NCBI GenBank assembly: GCA_951406725.2
Contig: OX597830.1
Coordinates: 39,494,001-39,558,000 of the forward strand
From: Octopus vulgaris
Taxonomy: Eukaryota
Length of the DNA: 64,000 bases
Reading direction: 5' to 3'
Shown here one piece after another: positions 52,630-64,000 of this stretch. The stretch's first letter is position 1; every line of letters starts with the position of its first letter. A program made the translations under genes and the position numbers. The notes beneath the pieces are model-generated. The model was not told the DNA's origin. It saw nothing but the letters and a program-made list of their open reading frames with translations, and did no database searches.

Positions 52630-54600
52630 ATAATCTGAGAGAATTATAGCTCAATTGATTAGGAATAGAATTCAACTAGATGAGATGCAGTTTTATATTG
52701 TACCTGGGAAGAGTACCACAGATGCCATCTTCCTAGTGAGACAGCTGCAGGAAAAGTATTTTGCCAAAAGTAAGCCATTGTACTTAGCTTTCGTCGAATT
52801 GGAGAAAGTTCATAATGGAGCCCCCAACCCTGTTATCTGGTGGTCTCTAAGGAAGTTAAGAATAGAGGACTGGCTTGTTAGAGCTGTACAAGCCATGTAC
52901 AGTGGTGCAGTCAGTAAAGTGAGAGTCAGCCATGAATATAGTGATGAAATTAGTATACAAGCAGAGGTTCAACAAGATTCAGTTCTCACCCTACTCTTAT
53001 TTGTTATTAGTCCTCCAGGCCATAACAGAGGAATTCAAAACTGGTTGCCTGAGAGAACTACTTTATGCCAATGACCTCGCTTTTATTGCAGAAGAAAGTC
53101 CAGGTATGGAGGCAAAACCTGGAATCAAAGGGCCTTGAAGTTGACCTCACAAAGACCAAAGTTGTTAGCAAGAAAGCAGATAAGACTCTCTTTCCATTGG
53201 GTAAATGTCCCTGCTCAATATGTAGGAAAGGAGTTGGAAATAATTCCATTCAGTGCACCCAGTGTAAGCTATGGACACATAAAAGGTGCAGAGGAATCTC
53301 AGGTAGATTAACAGATAAAGTTGTTATCATATGTGGCAGATATGCAGGAACAATAAGCAGTAAGGTCACACAGGAATTAGACTATTTCAAGTGCCCAGGA
53401 GGCTCTCTTGAGGTTGTAGATAGTTTCTGTTACCCTCTCTCTCTATCTGCTCAGTCGAAGTCGACTCTTGGTCACTCGTTGGATCAGTGTCCTCCAGTCA
53501 GTTCTATCCTGGGCCGCTTCTTTCAGATTGGCTATGTCCATTCTGGCATCACTCTTGATGGTGTCAAGCCAGCGGGTTCTTGGTCGGCCTCTTCCTCTCT
53601 TGCCACAGACCATTCCGAGCATGATGCCCTCTCCAGGGACTTTCTCCGCATAATATGACCGAAATATGCCAATCTATGCTTGGTGATCCTAGCTTCTAGC
53701 AACATTTTCGGCCTTATCTGCTTAAGAACTTCTCCATTGGTGAGCCTCGCTGTCCATGGAATCCATGAAAGTTTTCTCCAACACCAAAGCTCAAATGCAT
53801 TATTTCTCTCCTGGTCAGCTTTCTTTAGTGTCCAGGTCTCGCATCCATATGTTGCTATTGGGAAGACAATTGCTTTCACCAATCTGGATTTTGGTAGCGA
53901 GTCTGATATCTCTACTCTTTCAGACCCTGCTCATGCTGACTATTGCTTCTCTGCCTAGTACTATCCGCCATCTTATTTCTGGAGTGCAGTCACCATCTCG
54001 ATTTATTTTGGAGCCAAGGAAGATGAAATCATCAACCACTTGAATCTCTTCAATGGTGGAAGATACTCTGAAAGCATTGTTTCTAGGATAAGAATAGGAT
54101 GGAGGAACTTCAGAGAGCAATTACCTCTGTTGGCAACAAATGGAATCTCTCTCAGAGTGAAAGGTATATTGTATGGTGCTTGTGTGTGAACAGCTGTACT
54201 CCATGGTAGAGAGACACGGGCTCTGAATGTAGAAGATGTGTGTAGACAGGAGAGAAATGAATGCAGTATGTACCACTGGATGTGCAACATCAGTGTACAT
54301 GCACAACAAAGTGCAAATATGTTGAGAGAAAGGTCAGGCATAAGAGGAATCAAATGCAGCATGCAAGAGAGAAGACTACATTGGTTTGGACAAGTGATGC
54401 ATATGAATGAAGATAACAGTATAAAGAAGTGCTGATCACTGAAACTGGATGGAACCTGTGGAAGAGGGAGACCCACGAAGACATGGGATGAAGTGGTGAA
54501 GACTAATCCCAGGATGTTGGGCCTCATGGAAGAAATGACAATGGGCTGAGATTTCTGGTGACATGAGGTTCTTCAGAAGACCTGCCCGAGTCAGCGAAAC
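52630..54600 (+). mobile_element. Decayed RTE-clade LINE (RT fragment with Cys-rich insert), split by a second LINE
   Basis: DEMQF..PGKSTTDAIFLVRQLQEKY..LYLAFV.LEK, LLYAND, CSICRKGVG..SIQCTQCKLWTHKRC and RRLHWFGQVM, with several frameshifts. Confidence 0.85.
53432..54050 (-). mobile_element. RTE/BovB-like LINE 3' fragment nested antisense in the RTE above
   Basis: DDFIFLGSKI..DGDCTPEI..RI.LGR, VKAIVFPIATYGCETWT.KKA….AFELWCWR.L..IPWTAR and YFGHIMRR motifs. Confidence 0.85.
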
Positions 54601-54808
54601 AGAGTTCTGGAAGCGCTGTGGGTTCCAAACACACGTAACAATATACTGACAAACGGTGAATGCAGCAAGTGCTGGAACAGCACATTTGCCCACATTTGAC
54701 CTGACCTAACCTACAAGCTGAAAAATAAAGAAGTCAGCTTAACAAGTTTCCGCTTTTTTAATTTTTTCTAACAAGTATTCCAGGGAAGTTATCTCCCTTG
54801 TTTGGGGA

Positions 54809-54863
<55 letters not shown>

Positions 54864-55761
54864 GAATTCCTTCATTAAAATAGGACATTGAAATCTCAAA
54901 TGGACACAAAAATGAGAATGAAATTGTATCAATCTATTAAGATGCTTTTGTCATATGTGACATGTCATTTATTATTTAATTAATTATTTGAGATGAAATT
55001 TTGTTTGTTTCATTGTAAACAATGCTTTTGAAAATAATTTCCCAATTCATTCAAATTAAACTTTAGTTTATTTTCCTTTTTTTTTTTGAAATTTTATTTT
55101 CAATCAAGAAAGACAGACAGCTCAAGTGGAATTATTGCAAAAAGCTAAAAAAAATTATGATAATAATTCATTACATTTGGATATTACAGGTTTCATGGTA
55201 ACATTTGCAATCCCTCTGCTAAAACCGAAGTTCTAGCTCTTCTTTAAGACAACTGAGATATAAAAAAAAAAAAAAAAGCAAAAGGATAATCAAACGTTTG
55301 TGACATCCAAACATCTTTCATTGCATTAATTAGAAATTTATGGTTTGAAAACCTAAAAACCAAATTTACTCACTTGTGAGACACGTCTGTTTTTATATTT
55401 TTTCTTGCATTAACCCTTTAGCATTCAGATTATTTTGTCAAATCTAATGCTTATTTATTCACATTATATTTGAATTAATCATGCATTATCTCATAGCTTT
55501 TGAGATTTCAATGATGTGATTGTTTATTTTTAGAATAACATTGTAGGGTAAGTATGAGAGGCTGGATCTGGCCTTGTTTTGAATTAATCATGCATTATCT
55601 CATAGCTTTTGAGATTTCAATGATGTGATTGTTTATTTTTAGAATGACATTGTAAGGTAGGTATGAGAGGCTGGATCTGGCCTTGTTTTCAATTAATCAT
55701 ACATTATCTCATAGCTTTGAGATTTCAATGATGTGATTGCCTGTTTATACTATGACATTGT

Positions 55762-56284
55762 GTGGAGGCACAATGGCCCAGTGGTTAGGGCAGCGGACTC
55801 GCGGTCATAGGATCATGGTTTCAATTCCCAGACCGGGCATTGTGAGTATTTATTGAGCGAAAACGCCTAAAGCTCCACGAAACTCCGGCAGTGGGTGGTG
55901 GTGAACCCTGCTATACTCTTTCATCACAACTTTCTCTCACTCTTTCTTCCTGTTTCTATTGTACATGTATTTCAAAGGGCCAGCCTTGTCACACTCTGTG
56001 TCATACTGAATCTCCCTGAGAACTACGTTAAGGGTACACGTGTCTGTGGAGTGCTCAGCCACTTGCACGTCAATAAATGAACTGCGACGTCACTGGTGCC
56101 AAGCTGTATCGGCCTTTGCTTTTCCCTTGGATAACCGCGGTGGCGTGGAGAGGGGAGGCTGGTATGCATGGGCGACTGCTGGTCTTCCATAAACAAATTT
56201 GCCCAGACTTGTGCCTCAGAGGGTAACTTTCTAGGTGCAATCCCATGGTCATTCATGACCGAAGGGGGTCACAACAACACAACA
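55762..56284 (+). mobile_element. tRNA(Arg)-like SINE family C with TSD; others at 25350-25788, 49149-49570, 59165-59460(-)
   Basis: TGGCCCAGTGG A box, gactcgc anticodon arm, GGTTTC(G/A)ATTCC B box. TSD actatgacatt (55749/56285); TSD ttgatgtttcac for the 25.3-kb copy. Confidence 0.88.
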
Positions 56285-56448
56285 ACTATGACATTATAGA
56301 GTAGGTATGGAATGTTGGATCTGGCCAGTTTGAACAAAAAAGAGGCAGAATATTTTGGCCAGATATGACTGGTTTGAATACAAAATGGTTAAGTTTGCTG
56401 TCAAACCATTCCATCATAACATTAACTTTGGTGTGCATCAGAACCTCA

Positions 56449-56915
56449 TTAACCCTTTCGTTAGCAACCCAGCTGAAACCACGTCTGGCTCTGTTTCCAT
56501 AAGTTCTGAATTAAAATCTTCCACCAAACCTTAGTCACAGTTTATGTGCCTAACACTAGCTAAATGATAACCAAGTTATTTTACTAAATTCTTTGTTATA
56601 TTTAAGATTAATTGAAAGAAACACAGAGCCTCTCAATAGAAATATGGTAAGAAAAGGTTTAAAATATATAATAGAGAAACAATTCTTAACCTTTTTGATA
56701 CCAACCCGGCTGAAACTGTATCTGGTTCTGTAGTACAAATGTCTTATTTTCAAAAGGTCTGAATTAAAACCGTCCACCAAAACTTAGTCACAATTTATGT
56801 TCCTAACACTAGCTCAAGGATAACTAAGTTATTTTACTAAGTTCTTTGTTATATTTAAAATTAATTGAGACAAACACAGAGCATCTCAAAATAAATACAG
56901 TAATGAAAGGGTTAA
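56449..56915. mobile_element. Two tandem piggyBac-like MITEs of a second family (56449-56662, 56686-56915); further copies at ~22456-22920 and 59591-60271, each with a nested SINE
   Basis: TTAACCCT…AAGGGTTAA ends and mutually similar ~220-bp bodies. Confidence 0.7.
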
Positions 56916-59726
56916 GACATGCAATTCTACTCCAACTCATAATGACATCCATCAAAACACATTGCCTCCAATGAAAGAGAAAACCCTTTCAATTTTAATA
57001 ACCTTCAACTCACAGGAATCAGCCCTATGCAACTTACTTTCCTCGTGCCAGACATAAACAGCTTCTATAAAGGGAGACCTTTTAAACATCCTTGTGGACA
57101 GCATAATAAAATGTTATGTTTGTTGGTCTCATTCATAAGAAATGCTCTTTTACTTGTTTTGGCCACTGGACTGTGCAAATGCTGGGGGCACTGCCTTGAA
57201 GCATTTTAGTCAAACAAATTGATTTCAACACTTATCCTCTAAAACTCAGTACTTATCTTATTGGTCTATTTTGCCAAACTGCTAAGTTATTGAGATGTAA
57301 ACAAACCAACATCAAGCATAGGTGGAGACAAACACAATCACGAAGATGCATACACATAGATATATACACATATATACATACACAAAGATATATACACATA
57401 TATACATACACATAGATATATACACACATATACATTCAACTGACTTCTTTCAAAACATAAACACATATGTATATATACATATAAATACATGCAACAGGCT
57501 TCTTTCAAATCCACTCACAAGACTCAGTGTTATAGTAAAAGACTCATGCCCAAGGTGTCATGCAGTGGGCCTGAATCGGGAACCATGTGGTTGAGAAACA
57601 AACTTCTTATGATACAACCATGCCTTTTTTTCCTTTCCGTTATTTTACTTCTTTAGTCTGGAGGAAGGGGCAGAGACCATTGCCCTTTCATGTCAACAAA
57701 GCAGGAAAGACATGAGCAGAGTGAGGATTCCAGAGAGCCAATGTTCTAAGGAAGAAAGTACTGGACTCAGCAGTTAGTGGTTAGTGAAGAGAGAGTAGGA
57801 TTGGATGCAATACAGGTACCAAAGTGGTGAGACCAGTGGGTCAGGTGTACACTGAGTAGTGGAGGTATGAAACCAGCCAGCACTGAGGAACAGAGGCCAT
57901 TATACTAGCAATAAAAAAAGCTGGAGAGAGGAGACAACACATTCATGGGCCAGAGACTGGAGTGTGCCTATTGGTGATAAAATAATAAATTGAATGGCTC
58001 TTCTTTGAAAGTGGCAGCACAATATGTGTGTGTTATTTACAGCCTTGTCCCAGTTGGCCAGTATTCCATTCTGAGTATCACTTGACTCTTGTAGAGTATT
58101 GGCAGTTGCTAGGGACTAAAATATCTCCTGGCTATGAAAAGATCTTTAGTGATAGTAAAGTCGAGTATTTGAAGTAACTGTGAGAATTCTAGCTGAGTGT
58201 CACTCATGATTAGAGGGAGAGTGGTATAATAGTGTTTTCTTCATGTGAGTAGTGATTGAGTATTTTACTATTGAAAAGGGGGCTCTACTTTCATGTGAGT
58301 AGTGCTTGAGTATTTGACTATTGAAAAGGGGGCTCTACTTGAGTGGAGGGATTGCTGTTACCATGATGTCTATTACAAGGAACTGTAATCATTTATACCA
58401 GAACTTAAAATGGTAATATTGAAACATTACACAATTATCCTACCTGAATCATCTTTTAATGTCAAAAAAAGGTGTTTAATTATAAAGAATCAAGAAAGTC
58501 TTTTCAAAATTGCTAAGTATCACAATCATTACATCACTTCTATACATAGAAATTATCAGTGATCTCTCAGTGCTACTACATATTAATGACATAACCACAA
58601 CAGCATCCCAAAGTTAGGAACAACTCTTCGAGGAGCAAATGCACTGCCCGATAAAGTAATGCTCACACATCTAGGACAGAATAGCTGTTACATGTATGAG
58701 TAAGGGACATGTAAAAGGGGCCTTGAGGCTGTGACTTACTGTCTCACACAACAGCTATTTGTGCACAAATCTGCTTTTATTTATTTATTCATTTATTTGC
58801 CATCTTTGCTAACATTTGGTACATCAGTGCAATAGCAATAAAACTTAGCACCTGAAGAGCAAAGACACTTTTGGCATCACCACCTTAATTAACAGGTATG
58901 GTGGACCAGATGAAACCTTGTGTGTCTTCACACATGGACCAAAGGATGAATACTCCTTTCATCCACCAATCCTTCTTCATCTGTCTCAGTGCAACAATTC
59001 CCCTCACTCAGGTAGCAGGTTATGTACAAGTCCCACCTAAACACACCTAATGTGCCAGCCTCCTCTCTTCTTTTCAAACTTAGTCATTTCACTGCCAAAA
59101 TCCAACACCAGGCACTTTATAAAAATCTTTCCTACCAGAACTACAGATGACACTCTAAGGACATAGTTGTTGCTGCTGTTTGTTTGTTTGTTGAGTGAAG
59201 TGGTCTTCGTCCCATTAGTGGGAGAAGTCCAAAATGTGGTCCTTCGTAAGACCCGCAGAAGAGAAAGCAGGTCAACCCCCGACACCGAGAGCATCAATGG
59301 ATGGATGAATGAGCATCCAGGCTCAGTAGTTGCATAGGAAGTCGGGGATAAGAAACACAAAGAAAGAATGAGAGAAAGCTGGGGTGAAAGAGTACAACAG
59401 GGGTCGCCACCCACCCACCCGCTGGAGCCTCGTGGAGCTTTAGGTTTTTTTGCTCAATAATGTTGTTGCTGCTGTTGTTGTTATTTCCATTTAAATTCCT
59501 GTTGAGTCAATCTGTAACCAAAGACGTCCTCACCAGGACCATCTCATCTCTATAGCTTATCAAGGTCTATATTGTCGTGCTTCATTTTATTTAACCCTCT
59601 TGATATCAACCTACCTCAGAACATTCTTGGATCTGTAATACAATCTTCCTGTTTGAAAGTAACTGACATTAAAATCTTTAAATGTTTCCATCAAAATTTC
59701 TTATTAATAAATATTAATAAAGCATA

Positions 59727-59897
59727 GGCGTAGGAGTGGCTGTGCGGTAAGTAGCTTGCTTACCAACCACATGGTTGTGGGTTCAGTCCCACTGCGTGGC
59801 ACCTTGGGCAAGTGTCTTCTACTATAGCCTCTGGCCGACCAAAGCCTTGTGAGTGGATTTGGTAGACGGAAACTGAAAGAAGCCCATCGTATATATG

Positions 59898-59941
<44 letters not shown>

Positions 59942-60160
59942 GGTGTGTGTGTGTGTGTGTGTGTCTGTGTTTGCACCCCCCCCCCCCCCAACATCACTTG
60001 ACAACCGATGCTGGTGTGTTTACGTACCCATCACCTAGCGGTTCGGCAAGAGAGACCGATAGAATAAGTACTAGGCTTACAAAGAATAAGTCCTGGGGTC
60101 GATTTGCTCCAGCATGGCCACAGTCAAATGAATGAAACAAGTAAAAGAGAGTAAAGAGTA
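59727..60160 (+). mobile_element. tRNA-derived SINE family A, full-length copy; others at ~474-870(-), 6061-6512(-), 18341-18770(-), 21781-22183(-), 24988-25150(+), 37490-37652(-), 63145-63420(-), 63422-63788(+), 63805-63968(-)
   Basis: A box TGGCTGTG(T/C)GG, B box GGTTCAGTCCC, ccttgggcaagtgtctt core, internal (TA)/(TG) tract and 3' end gaaacaagtaaaaga; more than 10 copies in the window. Confidence 0.9.
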
Positions 60161-61833
60161 TTCCAAACACTAATTATAACAAAGTTGTTTTACTAAATTC
60201 TTCATTATTTTCAAAATTAATTTAAACAAAGGCAAAGTTTTCCAACAGAAATATGGTACCAAAAGGGTTAAGATAGAAGGGTGTGACTGAAGAATGACTT
60301 GACTAATGTTTCAAGCAACTCAAGTGTTCACACAGAGGTTCCTTCGAATGTTCTCACAGCAGATGTCAGCTTGCAGAAGCTCAATGGCATCAACCTCAAC
60401 AGCAGGTAGAATCTTTCTGTATAACTTTTAATGGTTGCCTATGAGACAGGTATGAGAGGAAAGATATCCTCAAATTGGCAATCTGGCCCGAATGCTTACA
60501 ACACGGCAGGCTCCATTCTAAAGGTACCCAAGGTACTAGATGGTAGAGTTAGACCAAGTATGAGATTAAGTCTATTACCAGGCCATGGCCAGGTTTGAAC
60601 TCAGAACACACAGAGCTGGATAAAATCCTGCAAAGCATTCAGTCTGACGTTCATCAATTTCCATTTATCCACCACCCTGAATGCATTCTTCCTTACCAAT
60701 CCTGAAAGGATGAAAAGCAAAGTTGACTTTAGTAAGATTTGAACTCAGAGCACAGAGAATTGGAATAAATAAGACGAGTGTATCTTATCAGATGCTCTAA
60801 CGACTCTGAATAGTGTAACTAGCTTCATAGAATAAAATGGTGGTCGTCTAGAAGAAGACAGAACGTAAATATGGTTTCTTACAAAGGCACAAAACTGCGA
60901 ATCTCTAGCGAAGGGTACAGTCCATAATATCGGTTTCAAATTTTGACCCAAGGCCAGCAACTTCCGGGGAAGGGATTAATCAATTACTCCGATCCCAGGA
61001 CTCGACTGGTACTTATTTTATCGAGCCCGAAAGGATGAAAAGTAAAGTTGACCTCGGCGGAATTTGAGCTCAGAACGTTTGTCGGAAGAAATGCCGCTAA
61101 GCATTTTGTCCGGCGTGCTAACGATTCTGACATCGATACCGACACTTGGTTAGTATCTTATTTAACTTACGATGAAAAGGTGAAGTTAACTGCAGTGAGA
61201 TTTGAACGCAGTACGTAAAGAGCGGGAACAAGTAAGGGAAGGTACTTTATCCAATGCTCTAATAATAATAAAAAAAAAAAAACAAATCCACCGACAAGAC
61301 GTGAAAACATTTCGAACTTAGCTTAAAAACGTCAATATTTACAACTTGCTTATGTAGTTGTTTCCCTTGCATTACAGAATTGTCTCCCTTAGACCATGCA
61401 AAATTTATCTCTCAGTAAAATATTTTTCTCTGAAGACAACTCAAGTCAAACTCTATAATCTGCCGTTTACGATCCCTCGTGGCGAAAGCGCTGACAATCT
61501 AATGAATAGTCGGTGGTTCGTATCCTACTGTTATATCCTTGATCTACGTGCTGAGCATTAGTCATTACAGTTTTAATTCATTGTTCAAACAAAGTGACTT
61601 TGGTAAGTAATATTTCTTTCTATGCCATAAATCACAAGACATGAAATTTTGCTGGAGGTGAACTAATCCTTATTTTATCGACACCGAAAGGATGAAAGGC
61701 AAAGTTGACCATGGCGGTATTTGAACGCAGAACATAGAGACAGACGAAATTTCACTAAGCATTTTGCCCAGTGTGCTAACGATTCTGCAAGCTCACTTCT
61801 TTAATTTAATGAGAAATATAGATTTCAAATTAA

Positions 61834-62064
61834 GGCGGCGAGCTGGCACAACTGTTAGCACGCCGGGCGAAATGCGTAGCCGGATTTCGGCTGCCGTTAC
61901 ATTCTGAGTTCAAATTCCGCCGAGGTCGACTTTGCCTTTCATCCTTTCGGGGACGATTAAATAAGCACCAGTTACGCACTGGGGTCGATGTAATCGACTT
62001 AATCCCTTTGTCTGTCCTTGTTTGTCCTCTCTGTGTTTAGCCCCTTGTGGGTAGTAAAGAAATA
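61834..62064 (+). mobile_element. tRNA-derived SINE family B; others at ~1-130, 893-1122(-), 1368-1583(-), 4531-4762, 9690-9888(-), 22659-22888, 45961-46168, 62231-62442
   Basis: ggcggcgagctggcagaa head, B box GAGTTCAAATTCC and central gcctttcatcctttcggggtcgataaa..agtaccag domain; more than 20 full or partial copies. Confidence 0.9.
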
Positions 62065-63349
62065 GGTATTTCGTCTGTCTTCACATTCTGAGTTAAAATT
62101 CTGCCTTTCATCTTTCCAGGTCGATAAATTAAGTACCAGCTGAGTACAGGAGTCGATCTAATCGACTGGCACCTCCCTCAAAATTTCGGGCATTGTGCCT
62201 CCAGTAGAAAGATTTATTTTAAAGTTCCAAGGCAGCGAGCTGGCAGAAACATTAGCATAACGGGCGAAACAGTTAGCGGTATTTCGCCCATCGCTACGTT
62301 CTGAGTTCAAATTCCGCCGAGGTCGACTTTGCTTTTCATCTTTTGGGAGTCGATAAATTAAGTACCAGTTGTGTACTAGGAATGATCTAATCGACTGGCC
62401 CCCTCGCCCAAAATTTTGGGCCTTGTGCCTAGAGTAGAAAAGAATATTGATTTCAAATTTTGGCACAAGGCCAGTAGTTTTAGAAGAGGGGCAAGTCGTT
62501 TACATCGACTCCAGTGTGTAAATGGTTTTTATTTTATCGACCTCGAATGGATGAAAGGCAAAGTTGACCCCAGCAGAATTTGAACTCAGAACATAAAGAC
62601 AGACGAAATACTGCTAAGCATTTGTCCGGCGTGCAAAAACAATTCTGCCAGCTCATCACCTTCATATTCTGAATGATATAATGATTCATTCCATTGAAGT
62701 TCCAAATTCAATTTTACCTGCATAAAAACAAAATTCCCTACGGTACACTGACATATTTACCAAAGATATTTCTCTCCCTCAAATTAACCACCCAACACTG
62801 GTGATTAGCTCCAACTCAGGGCCTTTTAATAACCCAAAGGTTAATTATAAAAAGAATGAAATCTAACCCTAGTTATAACAGAGAAGCGTCCAAGCATCAG
62901 GAGGAATGCTTAGTGGCTTTTTTTTTCTCTGGTTCCTTACATTCTGAGTTCAAATTCTGCCAGGGTCCACTTACACTTTCGTCTTTCCAAGTAGATAAAA
63001 CAAGAATCAGCTGAGCACTGGGGCCAATGTATGTGACTAACCCCTAAAACTGCTTGCCTTGAGCTAAAATTTGAAAGAATAAGGTGGTAACCTGGCAGAA
63101 CTGTTAGCATGCCAACCAAAATATTTAAATGCATTTCATTTGTCTCTTTACTCTTTTACTTGTTTCAGTCATTTGACTGTGGCCATGCTGGAGCACTGCC
63201 TTTAGTCGAGCAAATTGACCCCAGGACTTATTCTCTGGAAGCCTAGTACTTATTCTATCGATCTCTTTTGCTGAACCGCTAAGTGATGGGGACGTAAATA
63301 CAACAGCATCGGTTGTCAAGCAATGTTGGGGAGACAAACACAAACATAT

Positions 63350-63424
<75 letters not shown>

Positions 63425-64000
63425 CGCAGGAGTGGCTGTGTGGTAAGTAGCTTGCTAACCAACCACATGGTTCCGGGTTCAGTCCCACTGTGTACCATCT
63501 TGGGCAAGTGTCTTCTACTATAGCCCCGGGCCGACCAATGCCTTGGTAGACGGAAACTGAAAGAAGCCTGTCGTATATATGTATATATATATGTGTGTGT
63601 GTATGTGTTTGTGTGTCTGTGTTTGTCCCCCTAGCATTGCTTGACAACCGATGCTGGTGTGTTTATGTTCCCGTCACTTAGCAGTTCGGCAAAAGAGACC
63701 GATAGAATAAGTCCCGGGGTCAATTTGCTCGACTAAAAGGCGGTGCTCCAGCATGGCCACAGTCAAATGACTGAAACAAGTAAAAGATATATATATATAT
63801 ATATACGATGGGCTTCTTTCAGTTTCCATCTAGTAAATCCACTCACAAGGCTTTGGTCCGCCTGAGGCTATAGTAGAAGACACTTGCCCAAGGTGCCACA
63901 CAGTGGGACTGAATCTGGAACCATGTAATTGGTAAGCAAGCTACTTACCACACAGCAACTCCTACGCCTACATTCTGAGTTCAAATTCTGCCAATGTCAA

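Noticed and set aside
57650-58400. Purine-rich block with a minus-strand LYKSQV..MEY-like motif
   Set aside because: Probably a very old CR1/Jockey-type LINE, but too decayed to delimit or classify.
60360-60406. Possible small host exon (ttctcacag|…cag|gtagaa)
   Set aside because: Only splice-like ends; no recognisable protein or neighbouring exons. Needs RNA-seq.

Overview
AT-rich, microsatellite-dense eukaryotic DNA. The SINE and LINE repertoire suggests an octopod cephalopod (inference, not checked). I can support no host protein-coding gene, and nearly all short ORFs are artefacts of (TA)n, (TG)n, trinucleotide repeats or SINEs. The main feature is a young, near-complete Penelope-like retroelement (Neptune type, RT + GIY-YIG) at 10560-15464, inserted in a (TA)n tract and bounded by ~279-bp direct pseudo-LTRs. 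It is unusual in three ways. It has a separate upstream coiled-coil ORF1 joined to the RT frame by an in-frame U_UUU_UUA -1 slippery site. Each pLTR carries a hammerhead ribozyme with a compensatory U3:A8 core. It also has a four-fold CCAAT+CRE/TATA promoter module. Beyond this element, the window contains about ten more type-I hammerhead-like motifs in short non-coding repeats, mostly beside (TA)n tracts. They include inverted pairs, long stem-II forms and one downstream of a tRNA-like head. The rest is a nested mosaic: R4/Dong RLE-LINEs in (TAA)n, RTE/BovB-like and CR1-like fragments, a maT DD37D transposon, a mariner remnant, Tc1/hAT/piggyBac-type MITEs, a non-autonomous Helitron and at least four SINE families.
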